DNA of 45,871 bases from a virus (lineage: Duplodnaviria; Caudoviricetes): positions 1-45,871 of the IMG/VR virus record IMGVR_UViG_3300032257_000025. One strand, written 5' to 3'. The translations under genes and the position numbers were made by a program. Shown piece after piece: positions 43,615-45,871 of this stretch (its first letter is position 1; the number at the start of each line of letters is the position of its first letter). The notes beneath the pieces were generated by a model, which was not told where the DNA came from, did not search any database, and saw only the letters and a list, made by a program, of their open reading frames with translations.

Positions 43615-43880
43615 GTGAGCTACAGCCATTGTACGAAGACGACTTCGGTCAAAAGGTAGACCGTACCACTGTTACGCGCTACCTAGTGGTTGACTCGGTG
43701 GGCAATATTCTCAAGGTACATGAGAAGCTGACCGACGCTCGGGCGCACCTGAATAGTATCCCAATAGAGCGCCTCCGCGGGATAGTTGTGTGTCGCCACT
43801 ACATCGCCAAGCGCGTGTATGAGACGACTTCGATTACCACCCTCACCCGTACCGAGTTCCAGAAGGAGAAGAACAAATGA
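43611..43880 (+). CDS. Hypothetical protein
   Basis: ATGA coupling. Confidence 0.6.
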   Translation: MSELQPLYEDDFGQKVDRTTVTRYLVVDSVGNILKVHEKLTDARAHLNSIPIERLRGIVVCRHYIAKRVYETTSITTLTRTEFQKEKNK

Positions 43881-44386
43881 GTTCTGCCGACTACCTGCCC
43901 GTGCATCGTGAGATTGTGGAGGCTCTGGAGTTCTGGGTGGTTCACACATGCGGCACAACTGACCCGCTGCGGAGGGCCGTCAAGGATGCAATAAAAATGC
44001 ACGGACTCCCCGAGATCCCGCCCGCGCCCGGACTCGTGTGCCCTCCAGGGCATGTCCCTATCTGTGCAAGCGTCAACGACGAATTGCGTCGCATGAAAAT
44101 CGTATCTAACCCTGAGTGTTTCGTGGAGACCTTGCGCGAGAAGGTAGAGGCGGCAGACCTATATGGCGACCCTCCAAAGCCCGCACCCGCCAAGACCTTC
44201 CCCGAGCGAGTGCTGGAGCATTTGCCGGAGGGGTGGTGCATGGACCCCGAAGCTGTTCCAGAGTTGGCTATCTTGTGGGGCGTACTTGACCCTGCTGGTG
44301 AGGAGTGGGGCATCCACATGAACTTAACAGATGCACGACAAGCCGCCGAGGCGCTGCATTTGTTGGCTACGGGGGAGGAGCTATGA
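43877..44386 (+). CDS. Hypothetical protein
   Basis: ATGA coupling; AAGGAG SD. Confidence 0.65.
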   Translation: MSSADYLPVHREIVEALEFWVVHTCGTTDPLRRAVKDAIKMHGLPEIPPAPGLVCPPGHVPICASVNDELRRMKIVSNPECFVETLREKVEAADLYGDPPKPAPAKTFPERVLEHLPEGWCMDPEAVPELAILWGVLDPAGEEWGIHMNLTDARQAAEALHLLATGEEL

Positions 44387-44736
44387 CCCCCTCCCGCACC
44401 GAAGTCGTAGCCAGGGCACTCGCGGGGGTGTTGGGGGATGAGGTCAAGCAGTACCCCTCACGGCTGCTTGTTGAGGATAAGCATGGCTGGACATGGCGAC
44501 TCGGCGCTTACCTACGCAACCTCAACAACGCCGGACGGCTGCTGGCGGTGGCGCGTACCTGTAAACCTTTCCAAGACTGTGATAGCGAAGACCCGTGGAA
44601 GGTTTGCTTCTGTCAACTGTGCGCGTTTATGAAGGACATCCACACCGACTGCCCCGCCGCAATAGACGCGCTGCTGGTGGAGATGGGGGTGCTGGCCCCT
44701 GGAGCCGCGCCCGACCCCGAGAAGGGAGGGGAGTGA
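44383..44736 (+). CDS. Cys-containing hypothetical protein
   Basis: ATGA coupling; GGAGG SD. Confidence 0.6.
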   Translation: MTPSRTEVVARALAGVLGDEVKQYPSRLLVEDKHGWTWRLGAYLRNLNNAGRLLAVARTCKPFQDCDSEDPWKVCFCQLCAFMKDIHTDCPAAIDALLVEMGVLAPGAAPDPEKGGE

Positions 44737-45041
44737 TGGGCAGCTTCATGTGTAAACGACCATGTTGCACCAGCCAATCGAAGCAGCCAACAAGTTACTG
44801 TGAAAGGCACACCCCACCAACTAAGGAGCCGAGCCCCATGACCACTAGCGCCGTCCCCAAAGGACCAGAGAGCGTCGTTGCCCCTAGCTGTCCGCGCTGC
44901 CCCTACTGCGACGATTACCAGCCACCTGCAATGTGGCAGGCCAACGGCATACACGACTGCTCTTGTTGCGGCTGGAGATTCCGGGTTGCCAACCTCGGCG
45001 ACGACCGATGGAAAACCGAGAGGATGAAGCAAGATGACTAG
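44736..45041 (+). CDS. Zn-ribbon hypothetical protein
   Basis: TGATG coupling; CPYC...CSCC. Confidence 0.55.
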   Translation: MGSFMCKRPCCTSQSKQPTSYCERHTPPTKEPSPMTTSAVPKGPESVVAPSCPRCPYCDDYQPPAMWQANGIHDCSCCGWRFRVANLGDDRWKTERMKQDD

Positions 45042-45103
45042 CGCCGCCCTCCGCACTAGACCCCGAACCCGCGCCATCGAGGCGCTGATTGATGGAGAAA
45101 CAA

Positions 45104-45349
45104 ATGTCTGATACCTCGTCGCCATTTCCCCCCGGACCCTGCCACCATATAAACACGGTGCGCTGCCCTAACTGTGACCCCGAGCGAAGCACAAAGCTAG
45201 GCGAGGTGTACCCGCTGCCCGCTCCGTACAGGGACGCTACACCTCCCAAGCCGGGAGGACTCTTGCTACCTCCTCACGAGAGCCTGCTTCCGATACTTGA
45301 GCGCATCGAGAGAAAGCTGGACGCCCTACTAGGTGAAGCCGATGCCTAG
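45104..45349 (+). CDS. Hypothetical protein
   Basis: GGAG upstream; CPNC and a C-terminal helix. Confidence 0.55.
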   Translation: MSDTSSPFPPGPCHHINTVRCPNCDPERSTKLGEVYPLPAPYRDATPPKPGGLLLPPHESLLPILERIERKLDALLGEADA

Positions 45350-45677
45350 CCCCCTCCTCCCCGAAGTCGCGGAACGATGGCGGAGAAGGCTCAAGGATGT
45401 TCTGGATACCGAGGATGGGATTACCTTATACCCCATGGATGTAGTGCAGGACCGCTTGTGGGTTACCGCAGAAGACTACTTGGCCAATCACATCACCGTC
45501 GCGAGGGCGTTCCAGCACTGCTCCGACACCTACGGAAGCACCCTGGCAACTTGGAAGCTGACTCACTGGGACACCCTACGACGGCTTCATCACACAGCAT
45601 GGTACGACCCCACCGCCGCCCTCGTGGAGTTGGATCGGGTGCTGGTGGGGATAGAGAACACGGAGGAACAAACATGA
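45342..45677 (+). CDS. Hypothetical protein
   Basis: Tiling ORF with an 8-nt overlap. Confidence 0.6.
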   Translation: MPSPLLPEVAERWRRRLKDVLDTEDGITLYPMDVVQDRLWVTAEDYLANHITVARAFQHCSDTYGSTLATWKLTHWDTLRRLHHTAWYDPTAALVELDRVLVGIENTEEQT

Positions 45678-45871
45678 ACACAACAACTACACAAAACCTA
45701 GACTGGGCCGTGGTGGGTCCAGGCGGCAACATCCTCAGCACCCATGCAACCCGCAGCGAGGCGGGGGAAGCTTGTAAGAAGTACCCCGGCGTAGACTTCT
45801 TGCGGCCTAAGGTACGACGCATCCAGTGGACGGGTAGCCGTCCGATTGAGTGGGGGCCGAACCAAACATGA
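45674..45871 (+). CDS. 65-aa hypothetical protein
   Basis: GGAGG SD and ATGA coupling; ends at the TGA at the window end. Confidence 0.65.
   Translation: MNTTTTQNLDWAVVGPGGNILSTHATRSEAGEACKKYPGVDFLRPKVRRIQWTGSRPIEWGPNQT

Larger units (their letters stand above)
1..45871. mobile_element. Probably complete tailed dsDNA bacteriophage genome (podovirus-like), circularly permuted
   Basis: TerL, portal, capsid, ejection, replication and lysis-type modules are present with no bacterial housekeeping genes. The last ORF appears to run across the junction into the first ORF. Confidence 0.92.

Noticed and set aside
1-45871. Stop-codon reassignment, tRNA genes, introns or inteins
   Set aside because: TAA, TAG and TGA all terminate well-tiled genes, core genes are uninterrupted, and I saw no tRNA cloverleaf by eye.

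Overview
This window looks like an essentially complete, circularly permuted ~45.9 kb tailed dsDNA phage genome with podovirus-like gene content and high GC. The + strand arm (33219 to the window end, continuing 1-7381) holds dozens of small early genes, a Prim-Pol primase, a UvrD-like helicase, a divergent family A DNA polymerase, a likely SSB and a Cas4-like exonuclease. The - strand arm (33031 down to 7378) holds TerL, portal, an S9-type alpha/beta hydrolase, scaffold, major capsid, adaptor, fibre, a giant nozzle-like protein, three ejection proteins, a membrane/u-spanin-like cassette, a metallophosphoesterase, an HNH nuclease and a RuvC-like resolvase. I saw no integrase, tRNA, CRISPR array, tape measure protein or recognisable endolysin. 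The main unexplained signals are: (1) a tandem array of co-varying H-type RNA pseudoknots after the SSB gene; (2) a symmetric AT-rich locus bounded by inverted dif/Xer-like sites upstream of the primase; (3) near-consensus sigma70 promoters that drive leaderless micro-ORFs coupled to downstream genes; (4) an S9 peptidase where a prohead protease would sit; and (5) a modular family of paralogous early proteins. All product calls come from reading motifs and synteny by eye; no database searches were run.
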